Assembly: GCA_030390025.1 (NCBI GenBank)
Contig: CM059431.1
Coordinates: 153,948,001-154,012,000 of the forward strand
Reading direction: 5' to 3'
DNA from: Squalus acanthias
Lineage: Eukaryota
Length of the DNA stretch: 64,000 nucleotides
Part shown: positions 12,663 to 25,579 of the stretch, one piece after another
Layout: every line of letters begins with the position of its first letter
Numbering within the stretch: the stretch's first letter is position 1
Program-made: the position numbers and the translations under genes
Notes under the pieces: generated by a model
Told to the model about the DNA's origin: nothing
What the model saw: the letters and a program-made list of their open reading frames with translations, nothing else
Database searches by the model: none

Positions 12663-13079
12663 ATATATATCCCAAAGTGATTAATTGGTGTATTTTTACA
12701 CATTGTATACACTCTGGTAGAACGATTGCCTTATTTGAAAATGTCATTGAGGTTATTTGAAACGTGCACGTTTTGTACTGAAATGAAGTGTTTGGAAGTG
12801 TGTGGTAGTGCCTCGCAGGATTCAGTTCTGGGGCCACTTCTGTCTCTGTTACGAACTTGAATATAGACCTAAGTCTATAACTGCAGATTATGCAAAAATG
12901 AAGTGGCCCCAGAACTGAATACTGCGAGGCAACAACACACACTTTTTCAGCCGCTTCATTTCAGTAAAAAACGTGTCCGTTTCAGGTAAACTCAATGGAA
13001 CCTTTAAATAAGTTCAAGAGTTCTGCCAAAGTGTATACAATGTGTAAAATGCACCAATTTATCACTTTAGGATATATAT
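12663..13079. repeat. Long imperfect inverted repeat (foldback), ~180-bp arms
   Basis: 12663-12840 is the reverse complement of ~12900-13079, e.g. CCTCGCAGGATTCAGTTCTGGGGCCACTTC vs GAAGTGGCCCCAGAACTGAATACTGCGAGG. Confidence 0.9.
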
Positions 13080-13701
13080 TGATAAATATCATAAAGTGTT
13101 ATATCGTTAATATTTAGAAGCAGGAGGAAATTTAAAATTTGGGGAATTTGCTGAAAAGGTCAAATGGAATCAATGTCAGAGTCAATTGATACATACTTGT
13201 AAAATATCAGCTGTGATTGTGCACGGAGTTGAGGTAGATTCGCTGCTGTGCGGAGCAGAGCGACTTCGAGGGTACACGATATCAGACCGTTGCAGGCAAC
13301 ACCTCAGGTTGTTCAGACTGTCGAAAAGCTAATGTGCGTCTTGGTGTAATCACAAGAGTTATAGAATAAAGTAGCTGAAATAATAATGTATCTATATAAA
13401 ACCTGAAAATAGACCCACAGTAAATTTCTGTGTGCACTATCGAACTACAGGCTTTAGGAAGGATATTGAGCCTGTAGCGAGCATGCGCATCAGATTCACT
13501 TGGCTATTAGTTGCTGTCAGGTTACACAGATACAAAGAAAGACTTAGAAAGCTTATTTTTTCACTAGAATAAAGCCATATTAAGGAGTGATATGATAGAC
13601 GTGTTTAAAATTATGGACGGATGTGACAGGATAGATAGAAGCAGGCTGTTTTCAGTAGTTGAGCTATCAGTAACCGAGGAGCCCATGAATTTAATTTTCA
13701 G

Positions 13702-14657
13702 AGTTTCCCAGGCTCACAATGAATTATACCGCTACTAAATATTTCGAATAAAGATTAAATCAAAAGGTGAAATTCGAGCACCTCAAGCAGAAGTTAACAG
13801 GCCGCTGACGCAAAAACTTCACTTGCTTACCGAAACACATTTGCTGATGAAGTTCCAGTAATTGAAACCCGGAGCCTGATACTCATGGATAACAACATCC
13901 TGATCAAGGCCGAGCTGTAACACATTAACTGGCGGCTTTCTGCCAGAAAATATAATCATTGCTCTTTTGTTCATGGGAAAGTAACCCGTGACGGTAATTG
14001 TACAAATTCATGGCAAACGGATTAGATTAGAATAATAAAGAGCCTGAGACCGAGATTCATAGAACCGGGATTCGAATGTAGTTCATTTACCCAGAGTTAG
14101 AATCTGGACAAAGAAACAGCTAGTGATCGAAATGGAAGATCATTCCAAATACTTATCATTTCAGTGTTGAGAGATTACTGTGCCCTACCCTCTGGTGTTT
14201 GAATCTATGAAGCTAACAGCGACCTTTGTCCATTGCTATCTGTGGCATTTTATATTGCGATAATAAAGCGAATTTATGGAGAGCAATGAAATCGAATTGA
14301 GGACATGCAACTGATTCTTGCAACAGAACACAATTTCTCTGCGGGGTCTTCTGAACCGCAGATGGAAGAGCCGGGCGGACATTTGATCATTGTTACCACA
14401 GCAAGAATTAATGACTTTGTTTAAAGGATCAGTAACTCACCAGAACAGTTCAACCTGATTGAGATCGTGTGTGATTCAGATCGAGCCCTGCACCAGAGAA
14501 CAGGGCGGGGAGAGATTTTAATGTTCAGGCTGAAGGTCGTGTTTATTACGGTGGTGTGCAACTGATATTCACCCAGGGTGTAATCATTAACCTGCTGAAC
14601 TCACAACGCTAACTTACACGGACAGCCTGGAAGCAGAATTTGAAGCCACAGCACAAG
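13702..14657 (+). pseudogene. Decayed exon block A, SEA-domain-like (paralogue of 43786-44727)
   Basis: TTTTCAG acceptor at 13700-13701 and AAG|GTAAG donor at 14657/14658, both shared with copy B. Frame-broken peptides (FEHLKQKLT, NNILIKAEL, NFSAG/LLNR, QELMTLFKGS, FRS..GRVYYGGVQLIFTQG) resemble SEA domains by eye. May be one or two exons. Confidence 0.45.
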
Positions 14658-15069
14658 GTAAGGACACGGAATACACTGAGCGCAATTATAGGGCATTAAT
14701 GTTTTTGAAAATTTGTAGTATCTAATATTAAGTCGGAAAATGAAAGATTGCCTTTTCAGAAATTAATTTACTGGAAGCTGCGCCATTTAACAGAACAAAA
14801 GTTCCAAATATAAACTCACAAGCTAAAATTCTACAGCTGTAAGTAGGATTTATATATTGTTCTCGATTATGTCATGGCTTTGAACAAAAAGTTAAAGTTC
14901 GAGACTTTTCAACATAAACCACAACCATAATCGAATCGAAATACAGAGTTTCCAGCCAGGGGCGGGAAAACCTTTATTTAAACCGCATCAGGATACCAGA
15001 GCTCCTTGCCTTATTGTCGCGGGGAGTTACGGTCACCTGGTTTCAAGTTGTGATCCATGGATTTCAGGT

Positions 15070-15235
15070 ATCACCCGAACTGAGCGTTGGTGAGCAGGTT
15101 ATTGATGAGTGAATCTTGCTTGATGGCGCCATCGATGAGTCCATCCATCACTTTGCTGATCATTGTCAGGTGGCTACTAGGCCGGTAATTGGTTGGATTC
15201 AGTCTGTCTTTGCTTTTGTAGATCGGACATCGCTG
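15070..15235 (-). mobile_element. Fragment of a CR1-group (L2-like) RT
   Basis: NPTNYRPSSHL..ISKVMDG..LLTNAQFG; probably the same family as 63010-64000. Confidence 0.6.
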
Positions 15236-15329
15236 GTCATCCAAGTCATATACCGCAGGAGGAAGAAATCCACTTGTACAGTCAAACAACCATGTGAGGT
15301 AACACACAATATAAAACATAAGGAAGGGA

Positions 15330-16480
15330 ATTACACAAATGCCAGAAAAAAAGCTGATCCAATAAAGTAAACAACAAAGGGCACAAAGAAATGATTAAGA
15401 GCTGCCAAAAGGGAACACGAATGAAACTTGTAATTAATATAAACGGTAATAATAAAAAATCGTGTCAGTATATTAAGAGTAAGAAAGTGGCTAAGTTAGG
15501 TGTGGGTTCATTAGAAAAAAAAACATGTGGTGCTGCAAAAGCTAACAACGTAATAGCAGAATTATTTAACCAATACTTTGTATTGGTTTACACAGTAGAG
15601 AAAGAGGGCAAAATGCCAGTGGTAGAAGGGATACTAAAAATAAATCAAGGGGTGGAACTAACTGGATTAATAAAAGTAATACTGTTAATGGAGAAGAAAA
15701 TGGGATTTAGGATAGATAAATCTGCAGGACCTAACGGCATACAGCCAAGGGTCCTAGACGAAGTAGTCGTGGGAATAACAGACGCATTAGTTATAATCTT
15801 TCAAAGCTCTCTTGATTCAGTTATGATGCCATAAAATTGGAAAATTGCTGTTGCCATTCCATTATTTAAGATTGGTGAATTAGAGACAAAAAGTAACTTC
15901 ATGCTTGCCAGTTGTCGCATGGACTGGTTGGGTTGAATGGCCTGTGTCTGTGTTGTAGTATAACGCTCGTTGAGGGGAAGCTACTAGAATCTATCATTAA
16001 GGATGGAAGGACTAAATACTTGAGAAAATATGAGCTGAACAGAGAGAGCCAGAATGGATTTGCTAAAAGTAACACTTGTCTGCCAATCTCGGCGACTTTT
16101 TGAGAGATCACGAATAAGGTAGACAAAGGCTTAGTTTATGTATGTTATCTAGATTTCCAGAAAGCATTCGATAAGGTTCCACATAAAATTTAACTTGCAA
16201 AAATGAGAGGGCATGGGATCTTTTTGACTTGGGTTAGAATGTGTTCAGGAGTTAGGAAGCGGGAGTGAGGATAAAGGGTGTGCACACAGAATGACAGGTT
16301 GCATAGATGTGATTGTATTCCCTTGAGTAGTAGGTTGACAGATGATCTGATGGAGATGTTAAAAATGTTAAAATGATTCAATATGACAGATAGATAGAAA
16401 CTGTTACCTCTGATTGGGGACTCAAGAACGAGGGGACATAATAGAATGAGGCTCAGACCAAGTGAAACTATAACATAGGC
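15330..16480 (+). mobile_element. Old CR1 ORF2 fragments
   Basis: KSAGPNGIQPRVL, ESQNGFAK and DFQKAFDKVPH motifs. Confidence 0.8.
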
Positions 16481-16674
16481 AAGATACCATATGTGGATTT
16501 TTAACATGGAGCTGCGTGACCAAACAGAAAAGCATATTGAATAGAAACATTAGCCAGCCAGTGGTTCATGATTGTCGGTACCATTTCTCGAGTCTGTCAC
16601 TGCATTCGGTGAAGATAACATGGGATGAGCTGTGCAGGTAATTTGCTTACTTAATGCGCATACTGAGTGTGATG

Positions 16675-16875
16675 GGGATGGCAGTGCAAGTAGAGTGCCG
16701 CAACTGCAGCATGTTCGAATTTCTGGAGAGCATTGTGATCCCGGACATCCACGTTTGTAGTAAGTGCCTGCATCTTGAAGAACTTCAGTTAAGAGTTATT
16801 GAGCTGGAGTCTGAGGTGCAGAAATTCCGGGGTATCAGGGATGGGGAGAGTTACCTGGACACTTTGACACAGGAG
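16675..16875 (+). mobile_element. CR1 ORF1 5' part (zinc finger / leucine zipper), split from 36930-40816 by the ERV
   Basis: CRNC...HVCSKC..LQLRVIELESEV...YLDTLTQE continues as (E)AVTP at 36930. Confidence 0.85.
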
Positions 16876-17701
16876 TGTAGGGGGTTTTGGTTTGTGTCAA
16901 CTTCACCTCTGACCTCTGAGCGGTTCGAATCGCTCCCACACCCTTGGTTTTACACTTTGGATTTATTTGGGGGTTGTGATAAAAAGTGCAGCAGACAACT
17001 GCTTTAGATGCAAGAACTTTGATCTTTATTCAAGAGAGTAAAACACAACACAAACACTCTTAACACTCTAAAAGTGGGGAACACTTCGGTACAAGCGAGG
17101 GAAATAACATTAAAAGAGTACGACAGCACTCCCAATCACACTTTACTAGCTAGGCTGGACTCCAGAGGACCAGTGATGATACTCACCAGAATCCTTGACA
17201 GTTAGGTTAGTTCGCGGTTTTGAGGTTCACTCTATATATCGGTTGCTGTCTGCCGTACCCCATACGCGGTAGAGGACTTCAACTGCGTATCTGGACAGTC
17301 TTCGCGAGTCCGCTGATGCGGTAGGGTGTGTATTGGATTTATCAGGTGAGTACCAACTTTTCTTTGGTTTAGAAGTAGGTTTTAGAGTTTTTTAAGGGAA
17401 AATCTACCCAGGGATAGTCAGGAGTAGATTGTAGAGTTGAAATTTTGCGGTTCTTCGATTTTCTTCGAGTTGGTTTTCTTTGGCCGCGCTGGCCCAAATA
17501 TTGATACTTGGTGTTTGTTTGGTTGTTTCGTGAGGGCCTTGTTGCCGCGAGGTGTCCGATGGTCACTGAGGCGATCATACTGGTTTCTTCACGTGTCGGC
17601 CTACTTTGTTGCATGGTCTGGCCTTCGAGCTGTCGAACTTCTGGCTGGACACAGAACACTGAACGGTGATGTTTTTAGAACTGTGTTGCGGAGAATGCCT
17701 C

Positions 17702-20700
17702 ATAGAAACATAGAAACATAGAAGATAGGAGCAGGAACAGGCCATTCAGCCCCTCGAGCCAGCTCCACCATTCAATGAGATCATGGCTGATCATCCAAAT
17801 TCAGTACCCTGTCCCTGCCTTCTCTCCATATCCCTTGATCCCTTTAGCTTTAAGAAATATATCTAACTCCTTCCTGAATATATTTAATGAATTGGCCGCT
17901 ACTACATTCTGTGGTAGAGAATTCCAGAGGTTCACTCTCTGGGTGAAGAAATTCCTCCTCATCTCAGTCCTAAATGGCTTACCCTTTATCCTTAGACTGT
18001 GACCCCTGGTTCTGGACTCCCCGGCCATCGCGAACATCCTTCCTGCATCTAGTCTGTCTAGTGGTGTTAGAATTTTATATGTTTGAATGAGATCCCCTCT
18101 CATTCTTCTAAACTCCAGCGAGTATAAGCCCAATCGTCCCAAGCTCTCCTCATTCGTCATTCCTGCCATCACAGGTATCAGCCTGGTTAATCTTCGCTGC
18201 ACTCCTTCCATGGCAAGAACATCCTTCCTCAGATAAGGCGACCAAAACTGCACACAATACTCAAGGTGTGGTCTCACCAAGGCCCTGTACAACTGCAGCA
18301 AGGCATCCTTGTTCCTGTACTCGAACCCTTTCGCTACGAAGGCCAACATACCATTTGCGTTCTTAAACGCCTGCTGCACCTGCATGCTTACCTTTAGCGA
18401 CTGGTGCACAAGGACACCCAGGTCTCGTTGCACTTCTCCTTATCCCAATCTATTGCCATTCAGATAATAATCTGCCTTCCTGTTTTTGACACCAACATGG
18501 ATAACCTCGCATTTATCCACATTATATTGCATCTGCCATGCTTCTGCCCAATCACCCAACCTGTCCAAATAGTACTGGAGTTTATCGGCATCCTCCTCAT
18601 GGTACGCACTCCCACTTAGCTTTGTGTCGTCTGCAAACTTGGAGATATTAAATCTAATTCCCTCGTCAAGATCATTAATATATATTATGAATAGCTGGGG
18701 TACTAGAACCGATCCCTGCGGTACCCCACTAGTCACTGCCTGCCACTCGGAAAAAGAGCCCATTTATTCCAACTCTTTGCTTTCTGTCTGCCAACTAGTT
18801 CTCTATCCAAGTCAATACCTTGCCCCCAATCCCATGTGCCTTAACTTTGCACGCTAATCTCTTGTGCGGGACCTTATCTAAAGCCTTCTGAAAGTCCAAA
18901 TACACCTCTTCTACTGGTTCTCCCTTATCTATTTTACCAGTTACATCCTCAAAAAATTCCAGTAGATTAGTCAAGCACGATTTACCTTTTGTAAATCCAT
19001 GTTGAGTTTGGCCGATCCTGTCACTGTTTTCCAGATGCTCTGATATTACATCTTTTTTATAATGGACTCTACAATTTCCCCACTACCTATGTCCGGCTTA
19101 CCGTTCTATAATTCCCCGTTTTCTCTCTACCACCTTTTTTGCATAGTGGGGTAAAATTAGCTACCCTCCAATCCATGGGTACTGTTCCAGAGTCTAGAGA
19201 TTTTGGAAGATGAACCGCAATGCATCTACTATTTCTAGGGCCACTTCTTAAGTACCCTCGGATGTAGATTATCAGGCCCTGGGGATTTATCGGCCTTCAA
19301 TCCCGTCAATTTCCCTAACATAATTTCCCTACAAATACTGATTTCTTTGATTTCCTCCCTTTCATTTGACCCTATGCTCCCCGACATCTCTGGGAGGTTA
19401 TTTGTGTTCTCCTTTGTGAAGACAGAACCAAAGTATGTATTTAATTGATGTGCCATTTCTTTGTTCCCCATTATTAATTCCCCTGATTCTGACTGCAAGG
19501 GACCTACGCTTGAATTCACCAATCTTTTTCTCTTCACTTATCTATAAAAGCTTTTACACTCAGTTTTTATGTTCCTCACAAGCTTACTCTCATACTCTAT
19601 TTTCCCCCTCTTAATTAATCCCTTTGTCCTTCTTTGCTGAATCCGATACTGCTCCCAATCCTCAGGTTTGCTGCTTTTTCTGGCCAATTCATATGTCCTC
19701 TCCTTGGATCTTATGCTATCCCTAATTTCCTTTGTTAACCACGGTTGAGTCACCTTTTTTGTTTTATTTTTATGCCAAACTGGGATGAAGAAATTCTGTA
19801 GTTCATTCATGCGATCTTTGAATATTTCCCATTGCCTATCCACCGTCAACCCTTTGAGTGACATTCCCCAATCAATCCTACCCAACTCGCGCCTCATACC
19901 ATCGTAGTTTCCTTTACTTAAATTCTGGACCCTAGTCTCTGAGTCAACTACTTCACCCCCCACCTTAATGAAGAATTCTATCATATTATGATCGCTCCGA
20001 CTCAAGGGCCTCGCATAACAAGATTGCTAATGAATCCTTTCTCATTACATAATACCCAGTTTAAGATGGCCTGATCTCTAGTTGGTTCCTAGACATATTG
20101 GTCCAGGAAACCATCCCGTATACACTTCAGGAATTCCTCCTCCACAGTATTGTTACTAATTTGTATAGCCCAATCTATATGTAGATTAAAGTAGCCCATG
20201 ATAACTGCTGTGCTCTTATTGCACGCTTCTCTAATTTCCCTTTTAATGCCATCCCTAATCTCCGTATTAGTGTTTGGGTGTCTCTACAGCACTCCCACTA
20301 TCGTTTTCTGCCCCTTGGTATTTCTCAGTTCTACCCATACAGATTCTGCATCATCAGAGCTGATATACTTACTTACAATTGTGTTAATTCCCTCTTTAAC
20401 CAGTAATGCTACCCCACCTCCTTTTCTTTTTTGCCTATATTTTCTGAATATTGAATACCCCTGTATGTTGAGTTCCCAGCCTTGGTCACCCTGGAGCCAT
20501 GTTTTCGTAATCCCAATCATATCATATTCATTTACCTCTATTTGCGCAGCTAATTCATCGAACTTATTATGAATGCTCCTCGCATTAAGACACAAAGCCT
20601 TCAGGCATGTTTGTTTTACGCTCTTAGACCTTTCAGAATTATTATTTACTGTGGCTACATTTGACTTAAACTCTTGATTTCTATGGCTGACACCTTTGTT

Positions 20701-22116
20701 TTTTTCCTTCCTGACTTCTGCTTCCATCCTTGTTTCACTTTCCTCTGTCTCCCTGCTCAGGTTCCCAACCCCCTGCCATTTTAGTTAAACCCTCCCCCAG
20801 AGCACGAGCAAACACTCCCCCAAGGACATCGGTCCCAGTCCTGGCCAGGTGCAAACTGTCCGATTTGTAGCGGTCCCACCTCCCCCAGAACCGGTTCCAA
20901 TGTCCCAGGAATTTGAATCCCTCCCACTTGCACCATTCCTCTAGCCACGTATTCATCTGAAATATCCTTCTATTTCTACTCTGACTAGCACGTGGCACTG
21001 GTAGCAATCCTGAGATTACTACCTTTGAGGTCCTATTTTTTAATTTACCTCCTAACTCCATATATTCAGCTTTTAGGACATCATCCCATTTTTTACCTAT
21101 ATCGTTGGTACATATATGCACCACGACAACTGGCTGTTAACCCTCCCCTTCCAAAATGTTCTGCAGCCGCTCTGAGACATCCTTGACCATTGCAGCAGGG
21201 AGGCAACACACCATCCTGGAGTCTCGTTTGCGGCCGCAGAAACGCCTATCTATTCACCTTACAATAGAATCTACTATCACTATAGCTCTCCCACTCTTTT
21301 TCCTGCCGTCCTGTGCAGCAGAACCACCCCTGGTGCCAGGAAGTTGGCTGCTGCTGCCTTCCCCTGATATGCCATCCCCCTCAACAGTATCCAAAGCGGT
21401 ATATCTGTTTGAGAGGGGTTTGTCCACAGGGGCCTCCTGCACTACCTGCCTGCGCCTACTACTCTGCCTGGTGGTCACCCGTTCCCTTTCTGCCTGTGCA
21501 AGCTTTAGCTGCGGTGTGACCAAATGGATAAACGTGCGATCCACTTGTTCCACAGCATCGCGAATGCTCCAGTATGTATCCATTCGCAGCTCCAGCGCCA
21601 CAATGCGTTCTGCCAGTAGCTGCAGCTGGATAAACTTCCTGCACACATGGTCGTCAGGGACACAGGAAGTGTCAACGATTTCACACATAGCGCAGGAGGA
21701 GCATACCACGGCGCCGATCATATCACGGTGCCATGATTAAATCAAATCAATCCCACCAATTATACTATAATTAAATGATATAGGGCCCATGTTTACCAAC
21801 TGTCCCCCAAACACCACAGAGACCCTAGAAACTATAAACCACAAAATTTAAGATTGGAAAAAGGAGAAAAAGAGAAATACTCACCAACTAATCACTTACC
21901 TGCTTTCTGGTGACGTCACACTTTGATTATTTTTTACTACTCTCTCTCCCGCTCTCGGGGCTCAGATTGGTAAGCCTACCTGGTCGCCGTCGCCTTTTAT
22001 TGCCGCCGCCTCGCCGCTGTCGCTCCACCCAGGTCCGCCGCCTCTGTGGGCCTACCTGCTCGCTGCCGCCTTTTATTGCCGCCTCCTCGCCGCTGTCGCT
22101 CCACCCAGATCCGCCA
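17702..22116 (-). mobile_element. Full-length CR1 LINE (5' tandem repeats, ORF1, ORF2, tail), inactivated
   Basis: ORF1 ~21721-20781 (zinc finger, zipper, esterase); ORF2 pieces 20727-17801; (TTTCTATG)n tail; CCTC duplicated at 17698-17701 and 22117-22120. Confidence 0.93.
21974..22116 (-). repeat. Two ~76-bp GC-rich tandem units at the CR1 5' end
   Basis: GCCTACCTG...CCTTTTATTGCCGCC..CTCGCCGCTGTCGCTCCACCCAG occurs twice; a CRE-like TGACGTCA lies at 21912-21919 in the 5'UTR. Confidence 0.8.
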
Positions 22117-23070
22117 CCTCCGTCGATGTCTTCTTGTACTTCCTTCCTCTTCTTCTTTTAGGTTGAGAACGGGCCTTCAATAATACACATTGAAGGTTCC
22201 TTTTCTGCGCGCCAAATCAGGTCTCGGTCTTTGTAAGTTTTGGCGGGTCGTCAACAGTCACTGGTTTGTTAAGGTGTGAGGTGGTTCCAGGATGGACCCA
22301 TCCCGTTGATTTGCCACTTAATCTGAGTTTGATTGTTGCTATATTTTGGGTTTTCTTGGCTGGGCCTATGATTTGTATAGAGTATGCCGAAGTAATCTGT
22401 TTTATGCATGTCTTAATGAGCTCTGTAACTTTGGGGTGGAGACTGGTTTTCCTCGGGCTTATTGTTAGGATGCTATTGTCTGATAGGGGCCGATTTAAAC
22501 TCCCAGCGAGATCATGCGGTTCCCCAGACAGTTCCCATTAGCTCCAATACCCAAACTGTTTTTACAGAGGTTGAACTCACCTTCCTCCACAGCTTTTTCT
22601 CCCTTACAAGCCCAGACATGTTTGAAAAGTACCAAATCTTGGTTTTTGCTCAACAGGTCCTCCGGTTCGGCCCAATGCACTTCACCACCCTGTAATAGCT
22701 AGAAAGGAGTCCAAAGTCTTTTTCCTTAGGGTTTGTCTTCGAGTTTTGGGGAATCTCTGAATTTTGAGAATATTACAGTTCCCGCTGTGATACTTTACCA
22801 GCTAGAGTATCATACCGGGTGAGCAAAATTCCTGATCCTCGAGAACCAACCTTCCCCTGCAGTTTACCTATCTAAGACCCAAAACACACATTTCTCTGTT
22901 GATATAGTGTTCAGATGCAGGCACAGGTAAGAATCCAGTTACATTCACATCCAAGCATGGAGGGGGTCCCACACCCCTGCACCAGTTGGAAAGTATTACA
23001 TACATAGCAAAAATAATAATACACATTCACAAAAACTTTATTCATTTTAATAAAACAATTCAGACTCGCC

Positions 23071-25416
23071 CTAAACCTGGCCATAGGCTTTATTGTAATG
23101 CTGGTCCCATTCTTTCTCATGTCGGGATCGGAACACTCTGTCCTTTCCCTTGCATTTTGTGCACAGTAAGTAGAGAAGTATGCCAAGCTGGCAGACCAAT
23201 AAAATATGGGAAGCCATTCTAATCCAGAAAGGGACCTCTATATTTTCGAAAATATCCCACCAGGGTGGAATTATGATGCCTGAAATCTCGGCCCCTATCT
23301 CGACTGTCTTTTGTTCCAGAGTGTAGAAATGTTGTTGCGATACTTGTACTGCTTTGAGTAGGGCGGTAAAATGTTCGGGTAGAGGAGCAATCTTATAGCC
23401 GAAGAATGTGACATACTTTTGCAGATTGGTAATGTTTTCCCTGACAGTGAGGTGAACAGTTGAGGTTTCAGGAATCGGTACAATCCGTTCCTGGGCCACT
23501 TGAACTTCTGCCTCGGGTTTAAAGCAGAAACTACTGTCACTTACCGGACACCAGATGTGCTGTCCATGGTGGTAGTGGGGCGCACTTGTGGTGACACGAT
23601 ATGTCCCACCCCCTATGAATGCTACCTATGGGGGAACATGGCCTTGTGCCATTACCTCCATGCTACAGTTGATATTTCGTGCGCCAGCAGCTTTAAACCC
23701 ACACTGTGGTCTAGAATAGGCATTCAAGTGCTGGGGACACAGTATTATGTGTGCACCCCGGCTCCGGCACCTGGAGAGTTCAGTACCCGTCATAGCGTGC
23801 TCCCACTTTATGACATAAGGTGGGACCGCTGCGAAACGGACGTGTGCACCCCCTTGAATGACCCTAATGTTCTCCACCCTTTATACCGGTGCGGGACGGG
23901 CTGTCCCACCCATGACCGGCATCCTCACCACTATCCACATGATAGAGTGATTGAAACGCCCACAATCTACAGGGATTGGGCAGGCTTCAGAGGCTAGGCG
24001 GAGTTGACATGGGCTCAGCGAATTGCTAAACGGGAGGAGGGCTGTGAGGTGTTAGTTGCTAATCCAGGAGGGGACTAAACTTTGTTTTATATCCTCCAGG
24101 TTGCTGCGGCCCTCGCCCAGCAACCATGCCCCGTATAGCACACACACCTCATTCTGTGCAGCCTGATCCGAAGCATTCCTATCCTCCCGTATGAGTGCAT
24201 TTACTGTTTTTGCGTGTCTCTCCAGCTCAGAAATAATCTCCTTTAAATGGACCGTCATAGTTTGGTCCTCGTGTAGCTCTGAGTTTAAAACTGTGTTTTC
24301 TTCCGTTAGGATCTTTCTCAGTTGTGTTTTTAGACCATGTATCTGTGTTTACTTTTCTATATCGTCCAGGCTATTTATGACAGAGGATCCTGTATTGCAG
24401 GTTGTGAAAATATCGTTGCAGGTCCCCCTTCTCTGTCTCCCTGCGCCCATAGTATGCTCTGCGTGTAGTTTGTACAGCTCTGCTTTGTCTGTGTTGGCAA
24501 AGTCGAATTCGTAGAATTTCCTAAACATCTCTTTCAGCAGGGCCTGGTATAGCTCTTCTGTCTCCTTAGGACACCACTCAGGTAAGTCTACCTCGGTAAG
24601 GTTTAGGATCACTGAAGCTATTGCATATTGTACCCCCTGGCAGAGTACATTTTCGGTCGGCACTAGCACTAGCACATTCTCTGGTCCCTTGGTGATGGTA
24701 GGACACCTCTCTATCACTGTCCGTGATGTCGTGGGCGTGGGCAGGGGCTTTCGTGGGCATGCTAGTAGTTCGGTGGCGTTGACTGGGATCGGGGAGTGTG
24801 GGAGCGTACACCCATGTAGGCTAGAGTCCCACCCCATCCCCTTCCCGGCATCTTGCCATTGCCTGGAGAAGATGATGGATATGCCTGTGGGGCAGTCTCT
24901 CTCTGATCCTTTCATACAGACATAGATTCCCTGTTCTGACTCCCACCACTTGTCCCAACAAACACTCACACCCCCTTAGGTCCCTGTGATCGGCCGGTAG
25001 CTGTCGTTCCCCATTCGTTCCCAGCCAAATGTACGGTCCCCTATGTCCCTCCTCAGCTTCCTGAGCCACCACCACCTATCCAGGGGAATCCGTCCCTTGC
25101 AGGTGAGACACACATGTTTCCCCTCAGTGACACTGTCCCTTTTGACAACGACCTGTACCCTGGGGCACGGGATGGAGGCCTCCCCGTATGTGAACCCGGT
25201 CTGGCTGGAGTATTCTGTAGAATAAAACCCCAGCCACCCTGGCCAGCTTCCCTCATGGAAGTAAATAGCGAGCCCCTCCACACCCGGTTTGCCACCCCCA
25301 GCTGTAACGATCGGCGCTCTCTCTCCCGAGCAGCCATAAATGTGGGAGTCCTCCACGTCACCTTCGTCGCCGATGCTCACCCCTACCAGGGCGAGCAGGA
25401 GCAGAACCCTTGTCAT
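23071..25416 (-). pseudogene. env: ERV envelope glycoprotein, ~780 codons in one frame with several premature stops
   Basis: ORFs starting at 25416, 24969, 24258, 23877 and 23499 share a frame. Signal peptide MTRVLLLLALVGVSIG, furin site RQRR, heptad region, Cys-rich region and TM ILLVCQLGILLYLL. Confidence 0.88.
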
Positions 25417-25429
25417 GCCGATTTCCTCT

Positions 25430-25455
25430 CTGTAGGGACAGACAGAACAAATAGC
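25430..25455 (-). promoter_or_regulatory. env splice acceptor
   Basis: Minus strand CTATTTGTTCTGTCTGTCCCTACAG lies 13 nt upstream of the env ATG. Confidence 0.7.
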
Positions 25456-25579
25456 CCTGTCCCGAGAAGGTTCTCTGGCTTGACAGGTGATCGATTCTCG
25501 AAAATTTAAACTTACTTTGGTAAAATTAACTCACTAAAACTAAAACTACCAAAACTGTAAAACACACCTAAAATACACT

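Larger units (their letters stand above)
16876..22777 (-). repeat. 3' LTR (~1.5 kb net), interrupted by CR1 17702-22116
   Basis: 16889-17701 and 22121-22777 align colinearly with 35457-36929. Minus-strand TATA-like ~17233-17239, donor GGTGAGT 17181-17187 and AATAAA 17025-17030. Confidence 0.9.

Noticed and set aside
13702..14657. Ig/TCR V segment with recombination signal sequences
   Set aside because: No canonical Ig Cys/Trp pattern and no heptamer-spacer-nonamer found.
23500..23997. 165-aa Cys/His-rich plus-strand ORF as an antisense viral gene
   Set aside because: Lies opposite env, has a non-ATG start and no recognisable motif; not supportable without conservation data.
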